A stretch of DNA of 64,000 nucleotides from Candidatus Bathyarchaeota archaeon. Its GTDB lineage: Archaea > Thermoproteota > Bathyarchaeia > 40CM-2-53-6. The notes beneath the pieces are model-generated. The model made no database searches and was not told the origin of the DNA. It saw only the letters and a list, made by a program, of their open reading frames with translations. Positions 1-9,839 of the stretch are shown here, in pieces. Position 1 is the stretch's first letter. Every line of letters starts with the position of its first letter. The stretch lies in assembly GCA_963706285.1 (NCBI GenBank), contig CAVPLU010000014.1:32211-96210 (forward strand), given 5' to 3'. Position numbers and translations under genes: made by a program.

Positions 1-210
1 GGCGAGTTGATTGTTGTTCTCGTTTGACAGGACGTTCAGTTTGGCGAACTTCAGTTTGGCAGAATACTCTTCAGCCAGCTGGCTAAAGACGGGATCCAAG
101 TGTCTACACCAGACGCAGGCCTCGTGCCAGAAATCAACAAGGACTGGCGTACCTGATTTGTGTACTTCTGCATGCCAGTTATCTGCATTAACGTCCAAAG
201 GAGCGGTCAT
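1..210 (-). CDS. trxA: Thioredoxin (3' end runs off window)
   Basis: Manual translation from ATG 210: MTAPLDVNADNWHAEVHKSGTPVLVDFWHEACVWCRHLDPVFSQLAEEYSAKLKFAKLNV; thioredoxin VLVDFW..CxxC and AKLNV pattern; absent from ORF track because it is open-ended. Confidence 0.85.
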   Translation of the reverse strand, partial: MTAPLDVNADNWHAEVHKSGTPVLVDFWHEACVWCRHLDPVFSQLAEEYSAKLKFAKLNVLSNENNNQLA

Positions 211-642
211 AGAATCACCAGCAGATCAAATGGATTGAGCGCACTTGGATATTATCTTAGAGTCTGCTAATATTTGCATCTTTGGCGTCGCTCGAAGATA
301 GAAGCGAACGCTACAATATCTAGTGATTTCACTCATCTTACAGGATTGAACTGCACTCTTTTTGCGGCTGCAGAGTTGGGCATCAGCCTTCAACTTGCCT
401 AGTGAGATGTCCTTCAGCATGAATTGACTTGGCTTTCCAGCTCAAATATGTTGACTTTGGAATGGCATGTGAATTCGAGACATGAGCGAGCACCACTTAT
501 TTGATCCTTAGCGAATGATAACGACTGCGTGTGTTAGCAGATCTTTCTTGGGTCTCGTGGCGTAAGAAAAATATACTGCACCGCATTTTGGGGCGCACGG
601 TGAAACAACATACAGCTCCCAAGCGGCAGACTGCGCCTACTA

Positions 643-1626
643 TTGCAGCTGTTGCTCATGGTCGTCATTCTGGGAGCACTAGTGTGGTACGTGGGATTGG
701 ACACGCTAGTGATGGTTCTAACGAAAACAGATCCACTATACTTCCTACTTGCTTTTGCCGCATATTTCCTGATCAACGTGCTCTTCACCATACGAATCAT
801 TAGAGTTCTCCAACGACAGGGAATCAAGGCAACCTTCGGTAGAACGTTCCTAGCTCATTATAGTGGCATGCTGACAAGTGATTTCACGCCTGGAAGAACC
901 GGATACCTGCTAACGCCAGTGTATCTGATGAACCAAGGCATAGACACTTCAGCAAGCCTTTCCTGCGTTCTCGGTATACAGTCAATCGAGTTTCTCGTCA
1001 AGGTTCTTGGTGGAGCCTTGGCGTTAGTCTTCCTTCTGAATCAAATGAGCATGACTCGGGAACTATTCTGGATCGGCTTGATAGGCATCGGGCTCATGCT
1101 TCTTGGCGGTTTCGTGTTAGCTGCGATAATCTGGTCTCCAAGAGCAGCCGCATTGATTCGGAAAATCGCCGGTTCAAAGCCGCTCGTGCGCTTCACCCAT
1201 GGCATCATGACGAAGCTGGAAGAGTTCGGCAAGAACGCGATGAAGACTCGAAGCGGGATACCTGAGATCGCGCTGATATCAACCCTATCTTGGGTTCTGA
1301 AGGGGTTAGAATGGTATTTTCTAGGCCTGGCGCTTGGAATAACCAATATTGGATGGCTGGGGTTCTTTCTTCTCCATCCTCTAATTACTGCGTTCGGATT
1401 TGTGCCGCTAACACCCTCTGGAATAGGATTCCAAGAAGGTGCCATCGTAGGCATCTTCCTACTGCTAGGAGTTGACATTCGACTAGCTTTGGCATTCGCA
1501 GTTCTCTCGCGAGCACTACTAATACTCCAAGACCTAATCGGCGTGCCTCAGATTGCGGGATCCGCTCAACACGGGCTCTTCGCAACAACGAAGCTGGTAT
1601 CCCGTAAGCCAACAACCGTAAGCTAA
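643..1626 (+). CDS. Lysylphosphatidylglycerol synthase TM-region / flippase-like membrane protein (UPF0104)
   Basis: Polytopic hydrophobic ORF with TPGRTG and PLTPSGIGFQEG motifs typical of the family. Confidence 0.8.
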   Translation: MQLLLMVVILGALVWYVGLDTLVMVLTKTDPLYFLLAFAAYFLINVLFTIRIIRVLQRQGIKATFGRTFLAHYSGMLTSDFTPGRTGYLLTPVYLMNQGIDTSASLSCVLGIQSIEFLVKVLGGALALVFLLNQMSMTRELFWIGLIGIGLMLLGGFVLAAIIWSPRAAALIRKIAGSKPLVRFTHGIMTKLEEFGKNAMKTRSGIPEIALISTLSWVLKGLEWYFLGLALGITNIGWLGFFLLHPLITAFGFVPLTPSGIGFQEGAIVGIFLLLGVDIRLALAFAVLSRALLILQDLIGVPQIAGSAQHGLFATTKLVSRKPTTVS

Positions 1627-1667
1627 GAAAGTAGAATGACTGTAGACGGGATCTGACAGCTTAGGCC

Positions 1668-2687
1668 TTAGACGTTTCTTCTTCGTCGTTTCCAAATCCA
1701 GAGTATTATCGACGGCAGCACCGAGACGAGTACGACGACCACGATAACGAGCTGCAAGTACTCAGCTATGTTGGGTATCATGCTCCCGAGAAAATAGCCT
1801 GTCAGAGTCATGCTCAGAACCCACAGTACGCCTCCAGTTATGTTGTACAATACGAAGGCGAAGTAATTCATTCTCGCCGCTCCTGCGACTGCAGGCGCAA
1901 AAGTTCGAATCACAGGAACGAAACGTGCCAGCACAATCGCTTTTCCTCCATGCTTCGCGTAGAATGCGCTTGCACGCTCAAGGTTAGTGCGTACGAATTG
2001 AAAGCGGTCAGCGAGAACCTCACCCGATTGGTGGCCAATGAAGTAACTCAGCTGATCCCCGAGTATGGCTGCCAAGATTGTCAACGGGATCAGAAGGACT
2101 AAATTCAGCTGACCCGCCGATCCCAAGATTCCAGCAGCAACCAGCAAGGAATCACCGGGGAGAAAGAATCCGAAGAAGAGGCCTGTTTCAACAAAGACAA
2201 CTGCGGGCACCCCCCACGTGCCTCCCCAGCGAATCAGAAACGCTGGGTTAAGGTAACTCTGCGAAGCAAAGTAGAAGCCATTCACAGTGGTATATATCGC
2301 CAAGAGAGCGCCTGTCAGCCCGAAAGGATAGTAGAACAATAGCTCCCTAACCACTAATAGCGCAGGCAAAACGCTGATCGCAAGAAGTATGGTGCCTCCC
2401 ACATTGGTCAGCTCTCGCAATGGTCTATTCATCTTCAGCGAAACGCTGTAGGCAGTCCAAGAGAACACGCACAGCACGACAGATGTGAGAGGAATCATGA
2501 TCCAAAGAAGCGGAAAGAGAAATGAGGATACGAGACGAACCTCAGGTTCTTGCTCGAAAAGAAGCGGAAGAAGAAATCCTCCAATTTCCCCTGAAATGAA
2601 ATGCGGCACCACGAAAACAAGAGAAAGCAGGAAGAGGCAGGAATACCCTGAAAGGAATCCTAGCAGGATCCCAGATATTCGCCTCAT
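1668..2687 (-). CDS. DedA/VTT-family membrane protein with extra N-terminal TM segments
   Basis: ETGLFFGFFLPGDSLL, GDQLSY and ARFVPVIRTFAP DedA motifs; start ATG 2687 chosen (ORF extends to 2798). Confidence 0.85.
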   Translation of the reverse strand: MRRISGILLGFLSGYSCLFLLSLVFVVPHFISGEIGGFLLPLLFEQEPEVRLVSSFLFPLLWIMIPLTSVVLCVFSWTAYSVSLKMNRPLRELTNVGGTILLAISVLPALLVVRELLFYYPFGLTGALLAIYTTVNGFYFASQSYLNPAFLIRWGGTWGVPAVVFVETGLFFGFFLPGDSLLVAAGILGSAGQLNLVLLIPLTILAAILGDQLSYFIGHQSGEVLADRFQFVRTNLERASAFYAKHGGKAIVLARFVPVIRTFAPAVAGAARMNYFAFVLYNITGGVLWVLSMTLTGYFLGSMIPNIAEYLQLVIVVVVLVSVLPSIILWIWKRRRRNV

Positions 2688-3034
2688 CCTAAGACACACA
2701 GGCAAGTCCAAGTCTCTGGAACCATACAAAAATGATTGCCTACATCCCTTGAATTGGTAAGCGAGAATGAATCGAGTGCATGCAGTGTTCACCATCATGC
2801 ATGGTGCCTGTCGGGGCTGCCCTGGGTCCTATCCTCCAACAAGGGAATCGTCTTCCCGGTGAGCAAGGTCTCATGGAATTCGGGTACTGAGGATCGTGCC
2901 ATACGAAGTTGGGGTGGCTGCCACTCTTGACAGCGTCAGAACCCTCCGGTCTAGAATAGAAGAACTATTCTTTCTCGACGTTCTGAATAGGGCGCTCCAA
3001 TAGGCCAGGCTTGCGGTATCGAAGGATATCCCCC

Positions 3035-4282
3035 ATGAAATCGATCATCATAGTCGGTGACGGAATGTCTGACCGACCTATCGCACGTCTTGGCCTCAAG
3101 ACGCCCCTTATGGTTGCTCGGAAACCTAGTATCGATCGTATCGCACGTGAGGGACGAGTAGGTCTTTTCAGGTCTATTCCAACGGGGCTACCGGCGGAGT
3201 CTGATGTGGCGAACGTATCGATCTTCGGATACGATCCCTGGAAATCCGTGCGTGGGCGGGCGGTACTAGAGGCGGCGAGCCTAGGTATCGATCTTGATCC
3301 CTCCGATGTTGCGTTTCGATGCAATTTTATCGCGATCGAATCCGGCAGAATCAAGAACCATTCTGCTGGTCACATCTCAACCGAGGAGTCCTCTAAGCTA
3401 ATTCACGCATTGGATACGGAGCTTGGCAGCGGACGCGGTGAAATGCCCGTGAAGTTTCATTCTGGCGTCAGCTACCGGAATCTTCTCGTCCTCAGAGGAG
3501 GATGGGCCTCACCAGATGTACAGTGCACTCCTCCCCACGATCATGTCGGCGAAAAAATATCGGATCTGCTTCCACGTGCGCTTGACCAATCGGCCGAGAA
3601 AACTCGTTTGCGCCTCTTGGAGCTCTATGAGCAATCGCTGAAGATTCTGGCAGATCAACCTGTCAACCTTGCCCGGCGTGCTGCTGGGAAGGACGTGGCT
3701 GCAGCCATTTGGCCCTGGTCTCCGGGAAGACGACCGGCAATGAAGACATTCCAAGAACTCTATGGGGTCCGAGGAGCGGTGATCTCTGCGGTCGACCTCA
3801 TTAAGGGTCTCGGGCGCTATGCAGGATTGGAGATTATCCAAGTTCCAGGGGCGACCGGACTCTGGGACACCAACTACGAAGGAAAAGCCTCAGCATGTCT
3901 TGAAGCCCTCAAAGACCATGACTTCGTTTACGTTCATGTCGAAGCAACCGACGAGGCGTCGCACTCTCGGGATCTTGATTTGAAAATCAAATGTATCGAA
4001 CAACTGGATGGGAGACTCGTTAGCCCGATCCTTGCAGGTCTTGAGAAGCTGGAGATTGAAGCCACGGTGGCTATAATATCAGACCATCCAACGTTGGTGG
4101 AGACGGGCAATCATGCCGGTGACCCGGTTCCTGCCGCGATCTGGAGAAAAGGTGGCAACTCCGATGCCGTTCAGCGATTTGACGAGCAGGAAGCTGTTCA
4201 CGGTAGCCTAGGCATGATGCGAGGGGACGATTTCATCAGACAAGTTCTCGATATCCACAAGGACGAAACCACTCCCTCGTGA
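3035..4282 (+). CDS. apgM: Cofactor-independent phosphoglycerate mutase (archaeal ApgM type)
   Basis: GDGMSD, KTPL, SDVAN, HVEATDEASH and SDHPT metal-binding motifs. Confidence 0.9.
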   Translation: MKSIIIVGDGMSDRPIARLGLKTPLMVARKPSIDRIAREGRVGLFRSIPTGLPAESDVANVSIFGYDPWKSVRGRAVLEAASLGIDLDPSDVAFRCNFIAIESGRIKNHSAGHISTEESSKLIHALDTELGSGRGEMPVKFHSGVSYRNLLVLRGGWASPDVQCTPPHDHVGEKISDLLPRALDQSAEKTRLRLLELYEQSLKILADQPVNLARRAAGKDVAAAIWPWSPGRRPAMKTFQELYGVRGAVISAVDLIKGLGRYAGLEIIQVPGATGLWDTNYEGKASACLEALKDHDFVYVHVEATDEASHSRDLDLKIKCIEQLDGRLVSPILAGLEKLEIEATVAIISDHPTLVETGNHAGDPVPAAIWRKGGNSDAVQRFDEQEAVHGSLGMMRGDDFIRQVLDIHKDETTPS

Positions 4283-4453
4283 CGGTTCAATTCGAAAGCT
4301 CGCACTATAATATTCGCATGTACAGGAAGTGGCTTTTCTGGCTCCGCAGTTTGGGCAGAAGATGCTCCCTTGGCGTGAGCGCTCCACGATGTTGACGGGG
4401 CAAAGATGAGTTAACACGAGGCGCAACTTCAGAATTCTGTGTTGGTTGAGCCT

Positions 4454-4867
4454 TCAAGCTTTGATGGTAGCGGCGGATATGACCTGGTCTCGTGTCTCAT
4501 CGGATTCATATTGGATTGTGACATGCGTTGGTCTGAGTATTTTTCTGAAGGTCGCAAGGGCTGCCAAAGGATTACTGGCGTATCCGCATGTGGCGCAGTC
4601 AAATTCCACCGTTCGATACAATTTGGATGTATGAGCTGTTAGATGGCTAGTTGTTATGAGAGCGTTGACGCTTACTCCGCCCCCCATAATGTCGTCTTCG
4701 ACCTTGTAGACTAGGGGGTTCGTTGTTTTGGTTTTCGCAAGACGCATGTTCGCGTTGCGGATCGCTGTCAATGTCGTATCAAGGAGAAGTTTGTCGTCGA
4801 GAAGATCTGACTGACATCCGTGCAGTGTTGCCACGATCTGCTTGTAAGCGTATGGTCTAGCAATCAA
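4454..4867 (-). CDS. Divergent pyruvoyl-dependent S-adenosylmethionine decarboxylase-like proenzyme
   Basis: LHGC..LLDD, GVS.....TSHLTAHT and D..TCG...P motifs match SpeD/SpeH spacing, but canonical ESH and TWPE are altered. Confidence 0.7.
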   Translation of the reverse strand: MIARPYAYKQIVATLHGCQSDLLDDKLLLDTTLTAIRNANMRLAKTKTTNPLVYKVEDDIMGGGVSVNALITTSHLTAHTSKLYRTVEFDCATCGYASNPLAALATFRKILRPTHVTIQYESDETRDQVISAATIKA

Positions 4868-5194
4868 TTTCTGAGCTGGAGTTCCTCCGCAAGTAGTTCG
4901 ATTTTTTTCTTATCGCAAGACAGAATGAATATAAGTGTTGTCTTGGTGAGTCGCGCGAAATTTCTTCGCCAAAATTCTACGTTCAGTCACAAATTTCGGT
5001 ACAGAACGCCACAGATGTTCCAATTGCTCCAAACAAAGCCAGAAAAATTTCCTCATGCATGAATGACTGCGGGCAAATGGATCCAGATGGACCGTGAGTT
5101 TCTTGCTAGGTGGTATGAGCCGTCCCGAACGTGAAATAAGTGTCCAAACATCAAACTGCCTTCGTTCTTCTTCAGTGGACGAGGAGATCGTGGT

Positions 5195-6298
5195 CTAGAA
5201 GATTATTCTGTTAAGCTGCTCATTTTCTGAGCCTAGATTGATTTCGCGTGCTATGCGTCGCCCTGTTGACATTGGTTCTTTGTAAGAATAGGCAGAATAG
5301 GGCGAGCCTGAAGGGTACAGATTCGTGCCGGCGACGATACGCGCTGAGATCTCAAATACGGTAAAGCCTCTGCTCGGGCTGAAGATCGTCTCTAGAGAGA
5401 AGGGGCCGATCATGCCCGGTGGGAAGAGCTCCATTGACTTCTCAACGGTTCTTGCTCCCATCCTTAGAACCTCGGGCAAGAGGCTTTCCCTCACTATCAC
5501 TGGTTCATTGCCGGTTACCGTGTAGTCGAAGAACTGCTCCGGCACATCAGGGAGGCCTCGGTAACTCTCGTCAATAGGCTCGATCCTCCTATCCATGCTG
5601 AGAAGCTCAAGTGCTGACCCTCGGACGGGCAGGCCCTGCTTGGATATCGGCGAGGTGAAAAAATGCGGATAGTAACGGACGCCCACCACGAATTCCTGTA
5701 TCGCAATATTGCGGGCGTCTTCAGATCTGATTTCTCCTCTATCTATCTTCTCTGAAATCTTCCTGTGAAATTCTTGTTCGTTGTTTGCGGTGAAGAATCC
5801 GTGTCCTCCCTTGGCGCCAGGAAGCTTAGCGAAGACTCTTTGGTCGATCTCTGATGGATCTTTGTACTCTTTGGGCATCCTAAGGCCCGCCGATTCCAGC
5901 CATTTCCGTTGCCTGTTCCTATCTGTCTCCCAGTTGAGACTCTCCCTGTTTCCGAACACTGGCACCGCGAATTTCTCAAGGATCGCTTTAGCGGTCACAT
6001 ACTCGACGAAACTTCCGTGCGGAACCACGATGCTGTTCTCTTCGATGAGTTGTGTCTGTATTTCGTCTCTGAGGATGTCCTTGAAGTCATCAACGATGAG
6101 ACACTTGTCCGCCTTCGCCAGCGGAAACGACTCGTACGTTGCTCGCCGTTCTTGCGTACAGACGTTGAGGGTGCGTAGTCCTTCCTGTTTCGCGCCGTGG
6201 AAGATCTGCAGTGCCGAGTGTGAACCAATGGTTGCCACGGTCAATCTGCGGCGATCGTATCCTGCCAGAATCTCCGCTATCTCTTCTCTAGAGATCAT
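5195..6298 (-). CDS. purP: FAICAR synthetase PurP (ATP-grasp)
   Basis: TIGSHSALQI, PHGSFVEY, GAKGGHG, FEISARIVAGTN, MSTGRRIAREI. Confidence 0.92.
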   Translation of the reverse strand: MISREEIAEILAGYDRRRLTVATIGSHSALQIFHGAKQEGLRTLNVCTQERRATYESFPLAKADKCLIVDDFKDILRDEIQTQLIEENSIVVPHGSFVEYVTAKAILEKFAVPVFGNRESLNWETDRNRQRKWLESAGLRMPKEYKDPSEIDQRVFAKLPGAKGGHGFFTANNEQEFHRKISEKIDRGEIRSEDARNIAIQEFVVGVRYYPHFFTSPISKQGLPVRGSALELLSMDRRIEPIDESYRGLPDVPEQFFDYTVTGNEPVIVRESLLPEVLRMGARTVEKSMELFPPGMIGPFSLETIFSPSRGFTVFEISARIVAGTNLYPSGSPYSAYSYKEPMSTGRRIAREINLGSENEQLNRIIF

Positions 6299-7482
6299 GT
6301 GACAATCTCCGAAAGTCTCCCGGTCTCGGCTGCAACCTTGATCTCCAACATTGGCAGATCCATAGGCGCCTCGACTCTGTCAAGGCCAAATCTTCTCAGA
6401 TATTCTCCATACTTCAGCGTGAGCCGTCGCATCTCTGGTGAGGTCGGTCCGACACAGGGACAACCGGGTATCCTTGGGCTTACGTCGAAAACGTAGAAGG
6501 AGAGACGTTTGCTCTCGGGGTCGTCCGCGTCATAGGCGATTGCGCCTTGGAGAGCAAACAACCCGTTCACGCCAGGAGGGAACTCTTCTCGGCAAGTTCG
6601 CCGGAAAGCCTCCGCGGCTTGATAGACCAGCGGTTTTTGTGACTCCCTCATTGTAAGGCCATAGTGGCCTATCTCCTCATTTCTGATGGCGATGTCTACG
6701 GAAAGCTGATCTCGCGCGGGCAGCCCCAGAAGGCCATGCAAGTTAGTCTGCTTGCGATCATCGAAGCCGACGAAGTCAAAGTCGTCGAAGAGATCCGCCA
6801 GCGCCCAGCCTTGGAAATTTGCGTTGAACTTCTGCCCAAGGACGTACTCTTCGATTCTCGCCTTCCGAAGGTTCTGCTCGTCGATGACTCCTTTCCTGAG
6901 TAGTTCCTCAGCCTTTTGCTCGAATTGCGTCTTTGAGTTCGCGTAGAAGAAGGCGCGTTCAAGCGGCCTTCGCTTCTGCTGAACCTTCACGATGGCGAGT
7001 CTATCGATCTTGTCCGGGGATTCGAATTTCTTCGGAGTCTTTATCCCAGCTCTCTCCAGCAACCAGTATTGGTTTCTGCGTTCGGTCCTTTCTTCAGCTC
7101 GTAATAGCAGTCTATTGCCGTAGAGGGGTATGGGGAAATGTTGCTCAATTACGTCATAGCCAACGTACACCGAGAAACTCCTGTTCGGAATGAAGACTGT
7201 GTTAAGTTCCTTCAGTTGGCTGACTATGTCTGGACTGGCAATATCAGCGAATCTGTCGACAAGAATGATGTGCTCAAATAGAGTTCGGTTGTGCTTCGAG
7301 TACAAGTCGTCTCTGCCTTTCTCACAGACCACGACGCAGGGCAGCCCGATTGCTTTCGAGGCGACGCCCACCTCTTCAGCTGAGTGTGACCCTAGCACAC
7401 CCACAGTCACACTGTCTGAGTCGTACTTTTGGACTGCCTTCCGAATATCCGATCCAAGGCTCAATGAACTGACTTCCACCAC
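6295..7482 (-). CDS. PurP-like paralogue (DUF1297 ATP-grasp)
   Basis: VLGSHSA, IPNRSFSVYVG, ERAFF, FDVSPRIPG; 4-nt overlap with purP. Confidence 0.85.
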   Translation of the reverse strand: MVEVSSLSLGSDIRKAVQKYDSDSVTVGVLGSHSAEEVGVASKAIGLPCVVVCEKGRDDLYSKHNRTLFEHIILVDRFADIASPDIVSQLKELNTVFIPNRSFSVYVGYDVIEQHFPIPLYGNRLLLRAEERTERRNQYWLLERAGIKTPKKFESPDKIDRLAIVKVQQKRRPLERAFFYANSKTQFEQKAEELLRKGVIDEQNLRKARIEEYVLGQKFNANFQGWALADLFDDFDFVGFDDRKQTNLHGLLGLPARDQLSVDIAIRNEEIGHYGLTMRESQKPLVYQAAEAFRRTCREEFPPGVNGLFALQGAIAYDADDPESKRLSFYVFDVSPRIPGCPCVGPTSPEMRRLTLKYGEYLRRFGLDRVEAPMDLPMLEIKVAAETGRLSEIVT

Positions 7483-7585
7483 CTAACCGCTATTTCACCC
7501 GTAAAACTATGTGTTTTGAGGCATAGTCCAAGTGAGACAAGGCCCCTTTCAGCCACGGCAGGGCACTGGTTGGAGGAACTCTGCG

Positions 7586-8116
7586 CTATTCATGCCACGC
7601 ATATGATGAAGCTTCGATGACGTATTGCGACGCATCACTCACCGTACCTCGATCTATGAAAACGCCAGTAACAGCGACACGGCAGGGCACTGCGAAAGAG
7701 CAGGGAGAAGGAGCAACCTCATAGTTGGTTCCATTGAAGACAAGCGAGATATATCGATCAATTGTTGACGATGATCCCGCTACTGCTATGCACGGGTTGA
7801 CTGCAAAGTACATGTTCCTAGGATCTCCTTCGCAGAGACTGTAGTCGTCTCCGAAATGTGGTGCAGTGTGTTTGACAAGATATCCGACAGCATTCACTTT
7901 CTGGCCAACGTGAAAAGCTGGACGTTCGTAAAGTTCTCTTACTGATACGTCACGAGGGTACAACCAGCCAGGCCCCAAGGAGAAGAAAACCCAAGTGCTC
8001 GCAAGAACGAGTATCAGCAGTGTCGCTAGAAGACAAACCCGGATTACAGTCCTATTCTTGGCTTTATCCGTGCCATGGTATATTCTGTCAACGGTCTTTC
8101 GCAACTCCGATCCCAA
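7586..8116 (-). CDS. Membrane-anchored exported protein, probable OB-fold
   Basis: One N-terminal TM helix, then VSVRELYERP..HVGQKV.AVG and a beta-rich domain with Cys pairs. Confidence 0.55.
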   Translation of the reverse strand: MGSELRKTVDRIYHGTDKAKNRTVIRVCLLATLLILVLASTWVFFSLGPGWLYPRDVSVRELYERPAFHVGQKVNAVGYLVKHTAPHFGDDYSLCEGDPRNMYFAVNPCIAVAGSSSTIDRYISLVFNGTNYEVAPSPCSFAVPCRVAVTGVFIDRGTVSDASQYVIEASSYAWHE

Positions 8117-8198
8117 CCAGCCAAGCTGATGTCCTACATGGGGGTCGAGTCAAATCTCGTTGGTCTGCAATGCAAACATCAGGGTCGTTTCATGGCAG

Positions 8199-9254
8199 CT
8201 AGTATGCGTCCAGTCTGGCCGCGCATCTTACGCAGTAGATCCTAATCCACTCCGGATTCACGTGCCCGCAAGTCCTGCACACTTTCTGACCTCCGATTGG
8301 TCTCTCGCTCCTCGTGTCCCATTCTCTTGTGGTAGTCGCCACGTTAACAGGAGGTTCCGGCTTCCTGACCGGCGCTACAGTCGCATGGGGTTCTTGCTTC
8401 CTGACTGGCGCGGCTCTGACTGGTGCTGCTCTGGAAATGTGTTCCGGCTTCGTGACATGCATGCCTGTGCTTGGAGCAGCAAGCGAGCTTCCGCAACTCG
8501 AACAGAATGTTGCATCGCTTCTATTCTTGTATCCACACGCAGGGCATGACCTTGCTAAGGCTCCCTTGGCAGTCGCTGATTTCTTCCGATATCTTACAAG
8601 TCCGACTACAGCTAAGGCGACTACAACGCCCAGCCCGATCAGAGTTACGTAGGTTGTCGTTCCGCTAGGAATCTCGAATGGCAAGATTCCTCCCTGAGTG
8701 TTAGTTGCCACCTTACCGACCGGTATGTTCGTGTCATACAGGATCACTGTCCGCGTGGTCGAATTGCCGCTCAAGAAGCTCGTTTCCATAAGAATGCCGG
8801 TGATTTTGTCATACCAGGAACGTTGGTCTTGATTCACGGAGTCGAGCACGAAGCACTGTACCTGCGTATAGTTCACACTATCCGGAGGAAAACCGATGGT
8901 AGTATTCGTGTTGAAGCTACCCGGGCCTGTCCAAAGAGAATACCCAAGCCCTTGTGTTGTGCCCACTAGTGCGAGGGTTCCGCTTTCGAAATCGAGATAG
9001 CCATACGAGGGCGGATGTTGGCTCAACTCAGAGTCAGTGAAATTCAGTATCCCAGTCCTGATAGCCATCTCGGCGGTATGCTCATGGATTTCCACGAATT
9101 CCACGTACGTGTAGTCCGTCTTGTTTGCTTGCCAATCCACGGACCTGTACCACACGTATGCGCCATCCTTGATCCCCGAAGGTGCAGATGATGCGGCATT
9201 GGCCCAGCCGAAGTTGGCGAGATTCATAACTGCCAACAGCACAAAAGCAAGCAT
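8199..9254 (-). CDS. Type I membrane protein with cytoplasmic zinc ribbons
   Basis: Signal peptide, N-glycosylation sequons (NKT, NFT, NTT, NYT, NST), TM helix ending RYRKK, then CPAC/CSSC and CRTC/CVRC ribbons separated by APVR repeats. Confidence 0.7.
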   Translation of the reverse strand: MLAFVLLAVMNLANFGWANAASSAPSGIKDGAYVWYRSVDWQANKTDYTYVEFVEIHEHTAEMAIRTGILNFTDSELSQHPPSYGYLDFESGTLALVGTTQGLGYSLWTGPGSFNTNTTIGFPPDSVNYTQVQCFVLDSVNQDQRSWYDKITGILMETSFLSGNSTTRTVILYDTNIPVGKVATNTQGGILPFEIPSGTTTYVTLIGLGVVVALAVVGLVRYRKKSATAKGALARSCPACGYKNRSDATFCSSCGSSLAAPSTGMHVTKPEHISRAAPVRAAPVRKQEPHATVAPVRKPEPPVNVATTTREWDTRSERPIGGQKVCRTCGHVNPEWIRIYCVRCAARLDAY

Positions 9255-9572
9255 GAAGCCCTTCTTGGCACACGCTTTCAAACACAAGACCCAGTAGCGT
9301 CTCAGATCCGACAGCCTTTAACAATTTCGACTTGTGCGCTTGGTGAGTTTGGTCATGAAGGTGGCCGTTATGCGTGTTCGCACCATGCCGACACGCTCAA
9401 AATCAATGGACTCCTGAACTCGGTCATATCCATGATCGTTTTGGGAATCCCTAGATAACCGGATGTAACGCGGTCAAAGTCCGAAGTGTCGGCCAGCTTC
9501 GGAGAGCCTCTCGGCACCTTGAAAGGTGACGAGGAAGGGAAAGCGTCTTAAGGATTGAACGCGCTATGACGA

Positions 9573-9839
9573 GTGGCGTTCGACATGGCGCGTTCTAGGA
9601 CTAGCCGAGTTGAAGCTCTGAATCTAAAGTCCGGTCCGACCCAAAGCGGAGGGGTTTCGCATCCTCCTCCTTCGGCACCTGTGGGAGGAGAAATGCTTCC
9701 GGTCGACAAGCTGTCAGTATTCCTGTCAAACTATTGGGTCCTCGTTATCTTGCTGCTTTTGCTCCCAGCTGCCTTGGTCCTCTACAAGAAACGGGAAATC
9801 GCCCTGAAGTTGCTCACGCCCGTTCTCTCACGCTTCTGA
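9573..9839 (+). CDS. Small membrane protein with PVGGE-x-LPVDKL motif before a TM helix
   Basis: 88 aa; Pro/Ser linker, motif, hydrophobic helix, basic tail YKKRE; TTAA-like box about 25 nt upstream. Confidence 0.55.
   Translation: MAFDMARSRTSRVEALNLKSGPTQSGGVSHPPPSAPVGGEMLPVDKLSVFLSNYWVLVILLLLLPAALVLYKKREIALKLLTPVLSRF

Noticed and set aside
226-420. 64-aa minus-strand ORF upstream of thioredoxin
   Set aside because: No recognisable motif; more likely promoter/intergenic sequence
4208-4426. ORF containing FCPNCG, a possible zinc ribbon
   Set aside because: Overlaps the apgM 3' end, no convincing start or second knuckle spacing
9300-9570. Short ORFs and hairpins (TCCGAAG/CTTCGGA, CACCT/AGGTG) as RiPP precursor or riboswitch
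   Set aside because: ORFs of about 20 aa lack leader/core character; hairpins match no family I can recognise
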